DNA of 64,000 nucleotides from Trichosphaerium sp. ATCC 40318 (taxonomy: Eukaryota > Protista > Tubulinea), in NCBI GenBank assembly GCA_038496445.1, contig JALMLS010000479.1:1-64000 (forward strand), in the 5' to 3' direction. Made by a program: the position numbers and the translations under genes. The notes under the pieces were generated by a model. It did not search any database, had not been told where the DNA came from, and saw only the letters and a list, made by a program, of their open reading frames with translations. Positions 9,574 through 22,533 of this stretch are shown here, in pieces. The stretch's first letter is position 1; every line of letters starts with the position of its first letter.

Positions 9574-12500
9574 TTATTTTTCTTCGGATGTTTCTCCTTT
9601 ATCCTTGTCTTCTTCTTCATCTTCTGCCTTGTCCTCCTCATCTTTTTTATCTTTTTCAACATCAATATTAGGTTTGCCAAAAGAGAACACAAGCGGTGTG
9701 TTTGATGGAGCAAACGATTTGGTTGTTGTGTCGGTTTTACTTCCACCAAAAGTAAATGCCTTTGGTGTTTCATTGGACTCTTTTGTGACACTCTCAGTGT
9801 TAGCCTTGCTGCTCCCTCCACCAAACACGAACAAAGATTCTTTTGGTGCTGTAGTAGCAGGTTTCGAAAACGAGAACGCCGCGCTTGCTTTGGGCGTCTG
9901 TAAAAAAAACCCAAGTTAGTAACAACATTGCAATCAAAAAAACCATGATGAGTCACTTACATCTTTAGATCCTGTCGTTTCTGGAAGAGCACTCTTTACA
10001 GCTGAGAAATCAAATGTCTTTGGTTCGTTAGATTTATCTGGCTTCCACGAGAAAGGACTTGGAGCACTAAATGTGCGACTTTTTTCCAAGTGCTTCAACA
10101 CACCGTCTTTGTCCTTAGGTTTGTCCATTAGCATACGTTCTTTTGTGATCATGAACGTACAGATAGGAGCGCTTTTAGTTTGGCACTGGTTTGTTGCTTC
10201 AAGCCTAGTGCTCTTGGTGATACACCTCCATTATTAGGTTTATCTATCAACTCCTCTTTACCGTATTTTTGAACGAGTTTGACACATACATCATAAGGTG
10301 CATCATTTCTTGAATTGATATAGAAGACATAGTGAAAGATATTATTTCCAACCTTGTCAGTCACATCAATGTTTAGATCCTTCTTGCAAGATGGGCCCGT
10401 GATTATACCAAGAAGTGTAGGTGCACCGAGAATACCACCGAGTTGTAAGAAAGTCATGAACGCAGATTGATCTGAGAGGCAGTGCGTTAGAAAACAGAAA
10501 AAAAATTTGTATATTTGGTGTACTGTGGTGGTTGACGGTATTGACATCAATGTTGGCTTGTGTTAGCTTGGTAATCAACCATGCAATATTGTAGTACATG
10601 TTTGGAGGTGTGCGGTTAGCAACTAAAGCACGGAATAACACATGGAACAGCTGAGCGTGTAGAGTTGCATCAAAACCTTGGGAGGCAGTTAATTATAAAA
10701 ACAAGTTAGGCTAAAAGAATCACCTTCATGGCCAAGCATCATCTCTATCGTCTTTTCTAGGACGCTTCTGGTATCTGTTTGTGCGCCCAACAAATAACCA
10801 GGTAATGTGCGTGTCATTCCCATACCAATAGCCAACGTGATGGGCGTTTCACCCTGACACATCGGGCGTAAGAATCAAATAAAAAAATATGCGTATACTG
10901 TACCTTTGTATTCTTTGCATTGACGTCAGCGCCAGCTTCTAGGACCTTTTTGAGGAGTTCGAGAGGTCTATCTACTTTGAGAACTGATGGTATAGGCGCA
11001 TCTGTAGGTAAGGAAGTTCCAATGGCTCTAATAAGGACGTGGAGAGGTGTATCGCCTGCATGGTTTTTATCGTTGATTTTGGACTTGTATTTTTCTAGCA
11101 TCTCAATGACATGTTCCCAAATTGATTTCTGCTCTTGTTGTTGTCCATAATAGAGCATACTGCATCTAATAAGATCTACAGCAACATGTAGGAAGTTATT
11201 TCCGTTGTTATAGTAAACAAGCTTTGTAGGGACCTATAGGAAACCGGTTTAGATAATCAATAATAAATCAGAGCAAAAGAAAGTACAGCAAAACATCAGT
11301 ATAAAGGGTTACCTTGTCAATGATTGTTTCGAGTTGTTGGACATGTTGGAAAGAGATATTTGTTGTACCAAGGAATTCCCAAACCAAGAAAAAGACTAGG
11401 ATTGATATTAAGACCAAGAGTTAAATACAAATCAGTATTATGGTACCCTTTGCTGAGACGGTTCCACACGTCTTGACCCAGTATTTAAAGCAATCAATAT
11501 GCTTGTATAACTCAACGCACATTTCTTGCAAGTTAAACATCAATTCCCTAACAAACCAAACAGTCAAAACAACGAGAAAAAAAGCCAAACACCAAAACAG
11601 CAAAAAAAACCAAGTTGACAACATAAAAAAGTGCATACTTTGATAACTTTGGTTTAACCTTTGTCATTAGTATTTCAAGCTCAGGGAGTGCAGCGTGTCT
11701 AATGAGCAAGTAAATAAAGGTAAGCATATGCACTCGTACTCCGTTAGCACTGATACCCAATTCTCACCCAAATACTTTGGTGTTAGCAAGCCTGCTTCCT
11801 CGAAATAAGTCACAAATTCTTCCAGTTTGCCCTTTGCAATACTAAATGATGGTTTTTCCGTGATGAGAGCGCATAAAGGCGAAACCCCATCATTATCATA
11901 AACATCGAGCTTTGCACCAGCATCAACAAGAGGTTTTATCTAAGTATACATTAAATTTTAAGAAAAGGCTAGTAGATAAAGAAACAAGGCATAAAAGCTG
12001 CCCAACAGAATGACAAGTGTGTTACTACTTACAAGAGTATCCAGACGGTTAGGGTATCGCACGTTCAAGCACGCGAAATGAAGAGGTGTTCTACCTTCAG
12101 GATTTGCTACATTAGGAGATACACCGTGTTTCAAAAGAAGAACAGCAACCTATCAGAACGTCAACAAAAAAACAATCAAAGCGGAATTGAGATCTTTGAT
12201 GTTAAACTATCCATACGTCAGGTTGGCGTCGTGTACCGACAATAATTAAGTCTCTGTGACCTTCTATAGGGAGACTAGGATCTGCACCATGTTCCAGTAG
12301 TTGACGAGCCTACAAACATTAGTACTAACTCAGCAGCAGATGTGAAAAAAACAAATAGTTCGAACTCGTACAATCTCAACATGAGGAATAAAGATAGCAT
12401 GATGTAAAGCATTCCATCCCATTCGATCTAGTGTGTTGATACCTAAATCAACGGTCTAACATTTAAGTGTTAAAATGATGTGTTGTCCCATTCGAGTTAC

Positions 12501-15306
12501 AAATGTACCCCTTCCTTAGCTTTGCCTGAGAGCTCCGCCAACAGTTTGCCAGTAAGTTTCGAGTTACCTAATCAAAATTATGAATATGTGCGTTTGTGGT
12601 AGGATAGCGTACCTAGTTGAGCAAGCAAGTTGATAACAGTTCTTCCCCGAGTATCTTTCAATGCGATATTACCACCTTTGTTCACTAACACCCAGAATAG
12701 ATCTTCAAACTTCTTGATAGCAGGATCTACAGCGCCTGGCGCAAGCTGTGGAAAATTAAAAAACAAAAGTGATAATTGTCTGAAGTTTTTTTAAAGAGAA
12801 ATATGAAGAAGTAGAACAAGTTTTCGTACTTGTGCCTTGCTTGTTGGATTCTGCATCCTTCGTTTTACAACAGTATGCATTGGGCCATCAGTACCATCTA
12901 CATATCCACCAGTGAGCGATTGGGTATGGTTTATTGCAGGATATTGAAAAAAAAAAGTGCAATGTAAAGTTAATTAATCGGTAGTGCAAACAGAAAGCAA
13001 AGTAGCAGCGTACCAGGGAAGTTGACAGGGAGTGAAGCCTCTAAAAGTTGTAACAAACATACGTCTTGTCCAGGTATTTCCAGCAACAAAGGTGCCAAGA
13101 AATGTGGTGCATTACCCGCCTTGGACCTAACAGAGTGAACATTGTGTAAAAAATAATAACAGCACATTCATAACTTTTGAAAACGTACAGGATAGTCCAT
13201 TTGGCACCAGCCTTCACAAGAACATTTATGGTCTTGAGAATAGATTTAGGGTGCCCTGAGGCGTGATGTCTCGCACAAGTTAGGCTCTGACAGAGCATGT
13301 GTAGTGGTGTTCGTCCCAAATCGTCTTGAGCATTGACATCAGCACCTTTAGAAAGCAACAGCTCCACTAATTCAGCGCGCATTTCGTCAGAGAATATAGG
13401 CGAAGCGATCAAATGAAGAGCACTATTGAGTGTTAGCAAATATAAGTAAAAAACTGACAACATCTTTAAGAACTAAAGCGTACGTTAGTCCACCAACACA
13501 AGGGAATTGGGAGTTAAATATGGCAATGAGTGGTTTGTAAGGCTTAGCAAACGTTTGTGGTAAAGTAGCAGGGTAAGGAGGTCGCCAAGGTTCCCATGGT
13601 TGAAGTGACACATCCTTCAAATCTAACGCGATCCTAACAATCTCAAAGGGTTAGTAATGGTAAAATTTAATATGAGAGAGAAATACGCACGCTTGATGGA
13701 TGTTCATACCAGTGGCATCAACAATATTTTTCAACCAATCAAGTCTCTCGCCGTCAGATGTCGATAGTGACGCAGGTGTCAATTTAGCAATGTTTAAGAG
13801 CATAGCTCCGAAAAGAGTTAAGGCTAATCGTCCTTGTGATAGGCCATTGTATACGTAAAATTTGTTTGGTGTTATTTCAGACGTAACAGGTGAGTCGTAA
13901 ACCCAAAAGTTTGCACTACCAATCCTTTTAGTACAACAAGCATAACTTTCTGATACTAGAAATGCTTTCAAAAGACGTACTGTGACCTATACTTGCCAGA
14001 ATGTTTTTTATCTGTAAAAACCTTCTTTAGGGAAGGCATAGAAACACTCTCAAGTGGTGGTGCTGTAGCTCCCTATTTGAAGTTAACACCAACCAAAAAA
14101 AACTTTGAAAAAAAAACAAGCCAATGTTACCCTCGTGGACCCGCGTATCGATACACATTGTAGTGTGGCAGCGTTGTTCTTCATGAGCATGTGCTCGTAT
14201 TTGTGTTCTACGGCTTCCAAAATGAGAGTTTCCAAACTTGTGCAGGTGGATAGAGGCCTCATGTCCAAAGGGTGTTGTGCACGATACATTCCAGTGCCAT
14301 TTTGTATGTTAAGCACTTTAAGGTTCTTAAGGGTGCCCACAGGTCGTGCTTGAGATGCAGGAACAGGGCGACAAACCACATTTATGATTGCCAATTGTTG
14401 CAATTTTGGAAGGGTGGACAGAGAATAAAGAAGAGTAGTTGTGAACTTGCTGCAAGAAAAAAAAAAAAGATTAGTGACATTTGCGCCAATAACTCATTTT
14501 GCGAACCCAGAGATTCCAGAAAGTGCTAGAGAGCGAATGTATGTGCTTACACCTTTCTTTTGTATAAGCAGTTGGAAGGATCCGCTAGTTGATTGGGTTA
14601 GACGGTCACAACAAAGAGAGCAAAAAAAAAAAAAAAAAAAAAAAGAAAGGTTAGAATTCTCAATAGCGATTTAAAAAGGGGAGCGTACTAGTCTGGTATG
14701 TTGCGGACGTGTACTTCTTCCCAGATCTGTGCGTCTACAAGAAACGCGTCGAACTTTTTCGATACCTACAAGCAAAAGGTTAATAAAATGCGCTTGGCTA
14801 TGGTGGCTATAGCAAACAAACGGAGACTACACTGCTAAAAAGCCAAAATAAAACGGTCAAGTGTCAAATCGCTTGTGGTTCTATTTAATGTGTATCGCGC
14901 TTAATTAGGCGAGATGCAGTTCAATAGCTTGGTTTTAGCTTGGTTTTATCTTTTCTTTGTGAAATAGCGAGTTTCGTATTTCGATATTAACGATGACGTT
15001 CGCAGCGTAGGCAGTAAGTTAACGTACCAGCCTGTACGTCAGTAAGTCAGCAAGTGATTTCCTCGTTGATATAAACGTGCATACGTGTAACAATAACTAT
15101 GGGCGATGTAAGTACGGCATTGTACTGCAAAGGAAAAACGAAAAAAAAAAAAACAGAGGACAAATTCCAAAGCGAGGCGTAAATACATCGTCTACGCATT
15201 ACATAGTAAGTTTTCAGACCAAATGACGTTTTCAGTTATAAAACAATTTAAACCGCGTAAAAAAATAGCGCACTTCATTCGGTAAGTCATCTAGAGACAG
15301 CTCCAT
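9574..15306 (-). CDS. Large multi-exon protein: F-box + LRR-like + ankyrin repeats + FxFG-repeat/acidic tail
   Basis: MELSLDDLPNE...LADLLTYRL|VSKKFDAFLVDAQIWEEV (F-box); LKNLKVLNI and LSTCTSLETLIL (LRR-like); many ankyrin repeats (GADVNAQDDLGRTPLHML, GDTPLHVL..AGADVNAKN); C-terminal FDFS/FSFS/FVFG/FTFG/FSFG then D/E/K-rich end. Exons are joined by canonical introns, but not every junction was checked. Confidence 0.75.
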
Positions 15307-16121
15307 AGCAGCTACGGTTTTAATGTGGAACAACCGTTGACTTTGATGCCAGGTCCAACTGTTTTCGAAAAATTGGTGACAGTAGGATTGTCTGTGACCT
15401 TTTTCTCGTGTTGCAAAACTACTGGCAACGTGCTTGACTGGTATCACAACACCACCATACTCAAAACAAAATCAAAAGGGTTACCAAACTAGGGGTACCG
15501 CTGTGTAAGAGCGTAAAAAGGATTGTAGTAAATCTTTGATGCGTTTTCAGCGCGACAATATTGAACGGGTGCTTTAATATGTTATGTGCTGTTTTTTTGG
15601 TTACTTGTTCACCCGATACGCATACGCTCGCGTCTTATTCTGCGCAAAAGACGGTATCATCACGTGTAAAGGCCGCACTGAATTTTTTTTACTTTTTTCG
15701 CCGAGATTGAAGTAACAACGTATTATAAGAAGACGTAACTTATCTCACACATCACGTAACGAGATGAGCCGTGAAATCAAAGCGCCTTTATGAGAACAGC
15801 TCACTTTCTTCCAGAACAAAGGCTTTTTACATCAAAAAAACCTCTACACCAAAACTGTCGTCTATGTAGTCCAAAATATAAAATCTACGGTCTCCCCAAC
15901 GAGATTCACAATCAGATTAAGATTATTGAAATCTCGCCTTTGGTTTTAGCGCTCCAATCAAAGAAAATAGGTTGCGCTACACTACCGCTACGTGAGGGAG
16001 ACAATTACGTGCTTACAAATTGAAGTACACGTTCTCATTTTCAATTACATTAAATCTCGCTTCCCAGGCCATTTACTTCAAGGTTGGATAACTATCACAG
16101 CACGTCTCGCTTGTAACAATC

Positions 16122-17710
16122 ATGAACTCCACCCTAAGTATCTTGGTCCTTCTGGCTGTTGTTGGTACGAAGTCTTTAACCACAACGAAGAGACATGAGA
16201 AAAAAAAATAACCAAAAAAAAAAAGCGAAGAGACATACGCGACGGCTTTCTACCCCCACGTGTAGAGACTTTTTGTTTTTTTTTTGTTCTTTGGTTTTCA
16301 CTAGTTTTTTTGCGCTTAGCTTGGAACTAACGTGTTCGCCTATAGCTACTGTAATAACCCAAGCCCCAACGAATAGCTGTACTGAGTGCAGTCAATGTCC
16401 TAGCCCTACCCGTTGTCGCATTGCTTCTATATGCTCAACTATGTTAGCAATAGGACCTTGCCCAATTTATTCAATCGTCCCAGGAGTTGATCGTACGTGC
16501 CGGCTTTGTTTGTTGGATTTTTGATTTTGCCTTGTTTTTTGCGTAAGATTTTTTCTAATGTGCTCGCAGCTTTATCGTTTTCTGGCTGTGCCCAAATCGC
16601 CAATAATTCAACCATAAGAGGCGTCACTGGAAGCGGAGGCCGTGATTGTCTCTTTATAGGAGATGGAGTCACAATCGATGGTCCTATCGATCTACAAGGT
16701 GGCGATGACTACATTGTATTTGGCGAGAGTAACATAGTAAAAGCAGTTAGCACAGGTACACCACTTTAAGATTTTTTTTGATATTTTTTTTTTTTTTGAA
16801 TTTTTTTAGACTAGCGGCCTTCCTATACCCGATAGCTTTCTTGTCTGATTACTCAACTTCTCACTCCAATTTAGGCGCTGGTAGAGATTGTATATCCGCT
16901 GGAAAATACTTCCGCTCTGAGGGTATTGACCTTGGAAGTGGTGACGATCAACTCACTATAACTGATGTTAACACGTGCGCAGCAACTTGTTTGCCCCCCT
17001 TCTAGCCGAGAAAATAACAAAATCCACTAGTCAGCTTGATACAGCAGGCATGAGAGGTGCAATAGAAGGTGGTGCTGGTGATGACTGTATTGTCGTTGGA
17101 AGTCGTACTGCTAAGAGAAGTACGCCAGAGGATTCTTTTGGTGATAGAAAAACTTATACATTATTAGGTATCCAGGAGTCTGACGCGATATTTAAGTCTT
17201 TCGATCAAGGACCAAGCAAACGTTCTCTTGCTGTAAGCTCGAGCTTCATGGCTGATGTTTTGGGCCAAGGAGGCAGAGATTGTATTAAATTGTACTGCTC
17301 TGAATTCAATATAGCCGATGGTAAGTACACACTTTAAGGCGGTTTTTTTTTTGTCAAGAAATTTCACACTTTTTGTTCTCCTTTCTTATGTTATTGTAGG
17401 TGGTGCAGATAACGACTGCATTGATGTACAAGCCAGTAGATTCCACCGTATGTACGGTAGGGCTGGTAACGATCTCATGCGTGTCGAAGACTTCGATGCA
17501 GTCATTGCTCTTGGACTACCTGGCGGTGTTTTTGGTGGCGCTGACAATGATATTTTGCAAGCCTCCGATTCTCGCACTACCCCAGCTGCTATCCTCGATG
17601 GAGGCTTTTCTCTACTAGGACAAGTCAACAGATGCTGCACTGCACCAGGACCAATCCTATCACGTCGTTGCGAGCAATTCTTGGACTTCGAATGTGTCTC
17701 AGTACCATAA
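16122..17710 (+). CDS. Secreted protein with RTX/hemolysin-type Ca-binding GGxGxD repeats, multi-exon
   Basis: Signal peptide MNSTLSILVLLAVV; repeats GSGGRDC, QGGDDY, GAGRDC, GSGDD, GGAGDDC, GQGGRDC, GGADNDC, GRAGND, GGADND; Cys-rich ends. Confidence 0.8.
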
Positions 17711-18709
17711 AGTGGCCACACCTTCCAAACATTACGTTTAGCCCTTTTTTTTGGGATACACAAAAAAAAAAAATTGATCTCCCAAAAACCTTAGCAATTA
17801 TTGCAAATATAATTTTTGTGGGTCGTTTTTAAATAAATTAAGTGCACTTTAAACAACGTCTATAATGCTTTGCGTCATGTCTCTTTTGTTTCAATTAACT
17901 GTTGTGTACAGTATTCACGTGTCTTCATGATGCTATGATTAGTATTTCTTCTTGCTTCAATGAGGTATCAAAGTGTCTCAAACAACACTGAGGTAAGGTT
18001 CTACGACTTGCCGCTCAACCAAATCTCTCGCGAGGTAATTTACATAACGAATGAGATTGTAAAGTGTGCTTGCGGTGAATTTCTATTTGCAGTATTATCT
18101 TGTTGCGGAGATACATAGGGAGATGTATTATTACTTCCTCTGATGACACTTAGGCTTGCAAGTCGGGCGTCAGTGGTTTGTCAGCAAGGGATACTCGGTG
18201 CTGTTTGATATAATTTATTACTGTACTGCACCTCCAATGTTGCAGCGAATAACTTGGGCATTTTTGTTGCCTACAATACCTTGAACAGTGTTACAAGTTT
18301 AAAATTATAACAACGAAATTCATCAGGTAGCATGCCGCTTGCAACAGAGCAGTTGGTTACTCGAGGTTCTTATCAAAGGTTGGCGTAGAGTGTTGAGCAA
18401 GATAAAGCGATCTCGGAGATCCCCTAGAAATAGTACGGATAGCAGATACATTTGTTGGAAAGTACGACGCCCTTTTTTACAGCCGCGGTGTAAAGTGACC
18501 TAAAAGAATGATGTGTAAATTAATACGCGTTTTTCTCTTATTCCTAACTTAGCCTGCCCTTATATGCCCTTACAACATAGGTTAGACGTATTATAAACAC
18601 GTTACATGTTCATATGAGCCTTTTAAGTGTACGATTTAAAGTTTCGGCAGAAACGTGTTCAATTCTTCCTATTTTAGTAATTTAATTTAACGTCGACAGC
18701 ACAGACAGC

Positions 18710-21700
18710 ATGAGAGCTAACTTGATCATTTTTCTGCTTGCGACATGCTTGTCACTATCGATGGCGCAACGAATGGAAATTACAGTTGGTACTATCACAA
18801 ACTAACATTAAACCAGTTACTGATACAGTATAAGGACTGTCTATGCCATTATCTGGTTTTTTTGGCTCAATTGGATCCTCATTCGCGTAAGTCAAACTTT
18901 CTGTTTTTACGCTTTCTCTGCTCACTACGCGCACGAGACCTGCATCTAGCGTACTACCGCTGAAGGTTTATATTCTGTACGCATAAACCCTCTTGCTAAT
19001 CACATGTAGCCAAGGATTTGAGTTCTTTCAAGAATGGATGACCCAAAACCCGCTCATTGTAAGTTTTTAAATTCACCGTACATTTTCATCCCAAAAAGCT
19101 TACAACTACGCGGTTTTTCGCTTTAACCCTGATACAGCCCTTGCGGCAAATTAAGTTTAAAGGAAACGGGAGAAACTGTACCAAAATAGCATTATATCGC
19201 TTTTTTAGTGACCATTACCATTTTTGTACTTCGGACTCATTTCTCCGTAGCTTAAAGACGGTGGCGAAGTATCTATCAGATTCGATATTGCAGATGACGC
19301 ATTTAACCCTGGCGCTATTATCCCAATCTACCTTGGTTAGCTCTTCAAACACCTTTTTCTTCACTTACAACTATCTCACACGCTTGTTCTAAGGTCTTGT
19401 GGCAAACGATTCTATAGATTTTATAATGTCTCCTTTTGGAGGCTTTGGAGTATTCCCTTTACCCTTCACACAAGGCGCTAGCAAACTACTACGTATGAAA
19501 GACTACCTCGCTCGAACTGTTTTTCCATTTTTTTTTAAAATGGCTATTGACTTTCCTATTTAGTCTCGGCGAACACCGCTGATGTAAGTTTCTACAGTGA
19601 CTCAAAAAATAACTTTGCATTATCTATGAATACACCTTTCCCTTTCATTTACAAGTACGTATTTCTACGAGTTCTAGTTTCTACGACCTCAGTCATTTGC
19701 TTTATCTAACTTTATTCTGTTCTACAGTGCTGCATGGGCACCACTACGTATTGCAGGTGCCAAGACCATTGCCATTATCTCTGATACTGCTTCACGTTCG
19801 GTACATAGAAAAAAAACACTTATAAATAGTTGAAGTTGACTAACGTTTTTTTAGTCTAACCAGTGCTATCATCCCCTTGTAAAAGAGGAAATGAGAAACA
19901 ACGGCTTTGATATACTTGGCGAATTTATAGTTAATGCGATACGTATGTGCCCACGTGTTTTAGAGATGAATCTATTTGATATACTTACATTCATCTAGCT
20001 CTCGAAGCTGGATTTGATGGTGTCAATGCTAACATTACCAGTTTCCCTGCAGACTATGCATCAAACCTAACACGGGTTGCTCAGGAAGTAATCGCACTTG
20101 ACCCTGATGTATGGATGTGTTGTATGGCCATCCCAAGAAGTTGTAACATAGTAATGAGCTATTTGGAAGAGGTCGATTATACGCCTCGTAGTTTCACTGA
20201 GGATTTGGATTTTGGACAACATACGCTCATACCAGAAGAGCAACACTTGTATGAATACAGAGCAGGCGTTGCATTTGTACGAACCAATGAACGTTGTTCA
20301 GTTTTTGACTATTTTCTTAGTTTGAGCCAGGCTTAAACTTTCCTAACGTGGATGCTTCTCAGTTCACTAACCTGACGACTTTCAATACTGAGTATGAAAG
20401 CAGATACAATAGTACACCAGCAGAGTTTCAATTACTACCTTCTATGGCTGGATTAGCTCTGAGAAACGCAATAGAGAGTCTTGACCTTAACGTATGATAC
20501 TGTTGTCAACGAATTACAACTAACATGTTTGCTAGTTTACTGAGTTACAACAATCCCTTAATGGCTCAGCTACAGGCTGTAACTGTGAGGTAAGCACATT
20601 AATCAGTTGGTAGTAAAATACAAATAACAAATGGTTTTAGGATATCCAGAGACAAGTTGCAAACTCTATTCTACAAACTAAGTTTGACAGTATTATTGGT
20701 CAGTTTTCATGGGGCGCTGATGGTGCACAACAACGTGAATACTTTTACACGCAAATTGTCAGCGCAGCGCGAATCCCTATAGCACCTACAAGTGTTCAGC
20801 AAAGAGAACTTGTTTACCCTATGCCAACATGGAAGGAACGCATCTTTGATCCAAAATTTGGTAAGAATAAACTACACCTCTTATTGGAATTGCTCTAATA
20901 GAACAACAAGGTCACTGGACAGAGATCTTTGTAGCTGTTGCAGCTATATTAATGACTATGGTCACTATATTCTGGGGAGTTTATATGATCTATTCGTTGC
21001 AACATCCAACAGCAACATCCAAAAATTGGCTGGTAAGTATTGTTGAACATAATTGTTTTCATTGCTTACACTGTCCAAAGGCTTCGTCACCTTTGTTTAT
21101 GCTTCTCACCCTTGGTGGAAGTGTGGTTCTATACACTAGCGTATTTACGTTCCTACCTAATGTTGTAACAGATGTTACATGTGCTCTTCAACCATGGTTT
21201 GTCACTATTGGATTTACTCTCCTCTTTGTGTACGAACTACAATCATTCAAATGTTATATCTTCCTAACCTTATTGAAATAGCCCTATTTTCGCTAAAACA
21301 TGGCGTATTCACCAACTGTGGAGAATAAAGAGCACAAAAGTTTATGGTATCTCTTCAGCCATGGTATCTTTGTGGGTGATTGCAGCTCTCTTTGTTCAGG
21401 TTGTTGAGCTCATCGTTCTGGTATGTTCTTGTTTGTTAGTTTAGCTTGCTGATGACTCTCTTTTTCAGACAGTTGTAAGCCCATCAAAGCGAGAACTTGT
21501 TGTTGTCTCAGAGTTTAGAGTATCCGAAAACTTTTATGTTTGCCGTGGAGACAATGCTCATAACATTATTCTGTACATTATTGTCTGTGGTAATGTACGC
21601 TGTCATATTACTTTTATAGTATGACTAATACATCTTTACAGGGTGTTGTACTATTATTAGGTACTATTGTAGCGTTTGGTGTACGTAGTATACCAATCAA

Positions 21701-22122
21701 GAGATTCAATGAATCAAAGATTATCTTCTTTGCTATGTACAATATTGCTTTCTTTGCTATTATTGCATTTTCTTTGAGCCTAAGCAATGTACAAGAATCG
21801 AATAGATTTACTCATTTCATACTGTTTTCAATGTGCCTACTTCTCGGTGCAGGTAACAACCACAGTACCAACCAAGCGATTAATCTAACATTTTGTATTG
21901 TAGGTGTTACTGTGAATACTATTTTTGGACACAAGATGATCGGTGTGGACGCTAACTGGAGTGAGTTTATCAGTATGGGTATGTCTTTTTTGAGTCCATT
22001 GAGTACTCCTTCTATGGTGCTCACATAATTTTCTAGAAACAAAGAAAAGCTCTGGTGGTTCAACTACTGTGACTACTAAGGGAAATTCGCTTGTTACAGT
22101 TGATACAGAAGACGAGGATTAA
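18710..22122 (+). CDS. Family C (GABA-B/Grl-like) GPCR with periplasmic-binding-protein-like ectodomain, many exons
   Basis: Signal peptide MRANLIIFLLATCLSLSMA; 7tm_3 motifs SSPLFMLLTLGG, CALQPWFVTIGFTLLF, IFAKTWRIH, FNESKIIFFAMYN; ends VDTEDED*. Confidence 0.9.
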
Positions 22123-22533
22123 CTAATGCAATAAGACAAAAAAAAAATTGACGTTCACGTGGGGAGTTAACGAATGATTTCTCAATAAGAATGTATATCA
22201 GGTTATAAACTGCAGTATTGTAATGAAAGTATCAGTAAAGTAAATAAATCATTTGATGTATTCCACAGTGTACCGTTTTACTACAATGTTAAAACTACAG
22301 AAGGGATACCAAGAACAAATTGAAGAAGTTGAAACAAGTTGAGCAATAAATTAGCTCCAGCAAAAGAGGAAAGCTACATAGTAACCGCAATGTTAAAGAA
22401 AAGAAGTGCGAGGAATTAAAGGTACATAACATAACAACAAGCAAGCAAACAAGTGAGAAGAAAAGTCACTTTCGTGATAAATATTTATTAGAGCTTGGTA
22501 AAAACCAATGTAATTTAATTTAATATTCTTTGT

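Noticed and set aside
8474-17763. Antisense ORFs such as 8474-8860, 9605-9919 and 17386-17763
   Set aside because: Shadows of well-supported genes on the opposite strand, with no motifs of their own.
18000-18560. Possible further LRR remnant on the minus strand (PC*QTTDARLASLS near 18150-18190)
   Set aside because: A single short match, too weak to call.
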